From the NCBI GenBank assembly GCA_951406725.2, contig OX597816.1, positions 73,160,001 to 73,224,000 of the forward strand: DNA of 64,000 nucleotides, read 5' to 3'. Below the pieces are notes generated by a model. The model was given only the letters and a program-made list of their open reading frames with translations, was not told where the DNA came from and made no database searches. Positions 60,051 to 64,000 of this stretch are shown in pieces (the stretch's first letter is position 1; every line of letters starts with the position of its first letter). The position numbers and the translations under genes are program-made. This stretch comes from Octopus vulgaris. Lineage: Eukaryota.

Positions 60051-60268
60051 TACGAGGAGTACAGAGAGCCTCCTGGATATGTGTCAAAGAAAATAGAGGA
60101 GGATCAGTTAATAATGATTTTATTCAACATATCGCCCTCTCAGATTCACACACACCAGCGGTTCTTCAGCTTTTCAAAGCACTGTAACGAAGTCGTAAGT
60201 TTGGGCCGCCATCAAGGCGTTTCGCGACACACTTAAAGCCAGAATCTTTTCAGCAGCAGCAGCTCGTA
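60051..60268. mobile_element. Degenerate mariner-type MITE
   Basis: Ends TACGAG.. / ..CTCGTA with weakly matching ~30 bp TIRs. Confidence 0.5.
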
Positions 60269-60272
60269 ATTA

Positions 60273-60348
<76 letters not shown>

Positions 60349-60408
60349 CGTATATACGTAGATACATTATACATATATATACGTTTATATATATAAATAT
60401 ATACATAG

Positions 60409-60485
<77 letters not shown>

Positions 60486-60742
60486 TATACGTTTATATAT
60501 ATAAATATATACATAGTTATATATATATATATATATACATATATACATATATACATATATATATACGTATATATACTTATGTGTATTTATGGATATATAT
60601 ATGTGCTTAAGTTTTTAATTGCTTGATTTGCCTAATAGTGGTTTTATCTCTAATTTAATATATATATATATATATATATATATTACGGATATGAATATAT
60701 ATATATATATATATACATATATGCTTATATATATATATATAT

Positions 60743-60829
<87 letters not shown>

Positions 60830-61145
60830 TACATTCGAAGCGCGGAGTAGATGAAAGAGGGACAACTGATGAAGGGGAATATTCTTTATGTTGCATGTCT
60901 CGTTTCTCTGTTTTTTCCTTTGTTCGAAAAAAAGTTCGTTTCTAGGTTTTTGTTTTTATGTTCAACGTTTTTTTTTATGTCCTGTACCCATATATACATA
61001 TATATATACATATATGTGTGTATACTTTGATACTTTGATAGGTTTCGGCCATTATTGGCCCAGGCCATGTCTAACTTAATAGCACATGCATATATTTATA
61101 TATTATTTATATTATTATATATAAGTAAATATATCTATATCTATA

Positions 61146-61625
61146 TAGATTGAGACTCTATTCCTTAGAGCGTAGGCGAGAAAGATATGCCATAATATAC
61201 ATCTGGAAGATCCTAGAAGGACTTGTCCCAAACTCTGGCATCGAGAGTTACACAAATGCCAGAACTGGGCGCCACTCCATAGTGCTAAGGACTCCAAATT
61301 TGCCATCAAGATGTAGGACAAGATACTGTGATAGCCTGGGCTTCCGAGGCCCACAGCTCTTCAATATCCTCCCGAAGAACCTAAGAGACCTGCATGGGTT
61401 GGATGCAGATATCTTTAAAATGAAACTGGATCTCTTCTTGTTAGGTGTCTCAGATGAACCAACTTCACGGCAGGAGGTGCAGATGAGGGCAGCTGCATCG
61501 AACTCTCTCATGCACCAGATGGCATTTGCTAAAAAGCATTCGTGAAGGAAAATCATGTAGCAACACCAAATGGCGGTGCCCCAGCATGGCCACAGCTTGT
61601 GAGCTGAAACTAAATAAAATAAAAT
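61146..61625 (+). mobile_element. 3' end of a CR1/L2-group LINE (ORF2 C-terminus + 3'UTR)
   Basis: [43 protein letters not shown] is typical of this group's ORF2 C-terminus; tail GGCGGTGCCCCAGCATGGCCACAGCTTGTGAGCTGAAACTAAATAAAA. Confidence 0.8.
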
Positions 61626-61653
61626 AAAAAAAAATATATATATATATATAAAA

Positions 61654-61781
<128 letters not shown>

Positions 61782-61901
61782 ATATACATATGTATGTATA
61801 TATATATATATATATACATATTTAGAGAGAATGTGTATGTATATACCTATGTACTTTATATATGCCTATATATGTGTGTGTGTATATATATATATATTTA
61901 G

Positions 61902-61952
<51 letters not shown>

Positions 61953-62135
61953 CATATACACATATACAGACACACACGTATACATACATGTGTACACACA
62001 CTCTCGCAATCATGCATATATTGTCATTCGGAACACTCGTAATGTATGTTATGTCTACATTACTTATGATGGCAAAGTGCGAGAACGTGCTTCCGTATGA
62101 TTTCCGCACGTCTGTGTATGAGAAAGAGAAAGAGA

Positions 62136-62193
<58 letters not shown>

Positions 62194-62426
62194 GAGAGAG
62201 AGAGAAGTAAAGAAAGAGAGTGAGGATGAAAGAGAGGAACAGCGTCTATACGTCAGTGTGTGTGTGTGCATACCCGATAGATATGATTAACGGGCCATTC
62301 CGCTACTGAACACTGGATAACTATGAACGGTTGTCTTCCGTTGTACCAGTATTCTAAGGATTGTGTAGCACATACTGACACATACACAGACGCATACGGA
62401 CAAGCACATACACAGACACACAGACA

Positions 62427-62474
<48 letters not shown>

Positions 62475-62574
62475 GATACAAATACACATAGACACATACT
62501 CATACAGCATCTGTCTTACACATGCGTAGTGACATTCATGCCTATCTCCAAGTAGGAACTTCTAAACTAGAACC

Positions 62575-62656
<82 letters not shown>

Positions 62657-62657
62657 C

Positions 62658-62696
<39 letters not shown>

Positions 62697-62881
62697 ATAT
62701 ATTTATGTATATATGTATATATATGTATATACACATATATATATATGTATACATATATATATATATACATATATGTATGTATATATATATATATATGTAT
62801 ATATGTATATATGTATATGTATATATATATATATGTATATATATGTATATATATATATATGTATATATATGTATATATATG

Positions 62882-62936
<55 letters not shown>

Positions 62937-62970
62937 CTCAGAGCTGCGGCCATGCTGGTGCAACCGCCAT

Positions 62971-63007
<37 letters not shown>

Positions 63008-63688
63008 CAGTATATATATGTATACGTATATTCCAGATACTATATATATAGAGATGCATACATGTATATATATACAAAAATACATATAGGTATGTAATAC
63101 ATGTTGCGATGTATATGTATGTATATATGTATGTAATATATTATGCATATTACTTTTAGATAGACATGTACAAAGCACCTAATCACATACATCTGCACAC
63201 ACACACGCACGCACACACGCACACACACAAACGCAAACACACACACACACGTGTGTGTGTGTGTGTGTGCGTTTGTGTGTGTCTGTGTGTTTGCGTTCTG
63301 TGTATCTGTGTGTTTGTGTATAATTGGTGCATATGCACGCATATCCGTATATACGCAATATGAATGCACTTTGTGCAATAAAGAGGGTGCAGCAGAGAAA
63401 CCCAAGAACAATGGAGGCACGTGCTCACTTATGTTATTGGCGAACAAACCCGAAAAGCATAGTTTTACATCGTATGTCTATGAATATGTGTGTGTGTGTG
63501 CTTGTATATGTTCAACCGCGCGCACCCACACACACACATATATATATATATACAATATATATATATACATATATATGTATGTATGTAAGCATATATATAT
63601 ATATATATACATTCAAAATGTGACCACCTGTGTACAGTTGGCGATTTTTTCCTCCGTCTTCCCTTCTTTGGATCTATCCTTTTCCTGT

Positions 63689-63723
63689 GTTTCTGACGAA
63701 GAGCTCCGCTCGAAGCGTTAAAT
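63689..63723 (+). ncRNA. Minimal hammerhead-like motif in a short repeat (~63620-63830)
   Basis: GTTT-CTGACGA-A-GAGC tcc GCTC-GAAG-CG-TT-AAAT (canonical CUGANGA; GAAA mutated to GAAG). Confidence 0.6.
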
Positions 63724-63825
63724 CCTCCTTCTTTCTTTCCTTTCCTGAGCGTCCAATAACACTATACTTGTTCCACGTCCTCGCGTTGTTGTGTTTTCTC
63801 TTGTGTTTTCATGTTTGGATTAACT

Positions 63826-63889
<64 letters not shown>

Positions 63890-64000
63890 TGAAATGGATA
63901 AATGAATTATCTTGTTACGGATTATTCAAAATTTAACCGATACATGGGTAGCAAAAATCACAACAGAAAAAACACGGTTGAGGTTAAGACCATGGGGTGT

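Noticed and set aside
61040-61075. Minus-strand GGCCA-ataa-TGGCC-GAAA hairpin, and GAAA-CAATTG-TA at ~9265 (minus)
   Set aside because: These resemble hammerhead halves but have no recognisable CUGANGA or stem I, so they were not called.

Overview
AT-rich eukaryotic DNA that is extremely dense in microsatellites. The SINE families and (TA)n/(CA)n/(GATA)n/(TAA)n content suggest a cephalopod, probably Octopus; this is an inference. Only one host gene segment is evident: a ~4.8 kb minus-strand coding exon (28079-32874, clean splice acceptor, Kozak ATG at 32852, AG|GTGAGT donor). It encodes ~1590 aa of homopolymer runs with an eh1 Groucho-binding motif (RPSFLISDILS), most consistent with the N-terminal exon of an NK-like/BarH-type homeobox repressor. 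I could not find the homeobox exon in the window. The rest is intronic or intergenic: many Nin-domain tRNA-SINEs (some stacked head-to-tail), CORE-like SINEs with an internal microsatellite, decayed R4/Dong-clade LINEs, CR1/L2-type LINE 3' ends that share a tail with the CORE-like SINE, DD37D (maT) transposon remnants and mariner/pogo MITEs. The most interesting signal is several families of short elements inside (TA)n tracts that carry minimal hammerhead-ribozyme-like motifs of the Penelope-like type. These include U3-A8 core variants, extra-A variants, one copy truncated at the predicted cleavage site, and families with the two core halves in reversed order. All calls were made by eye and repeat boundaries are approximate.
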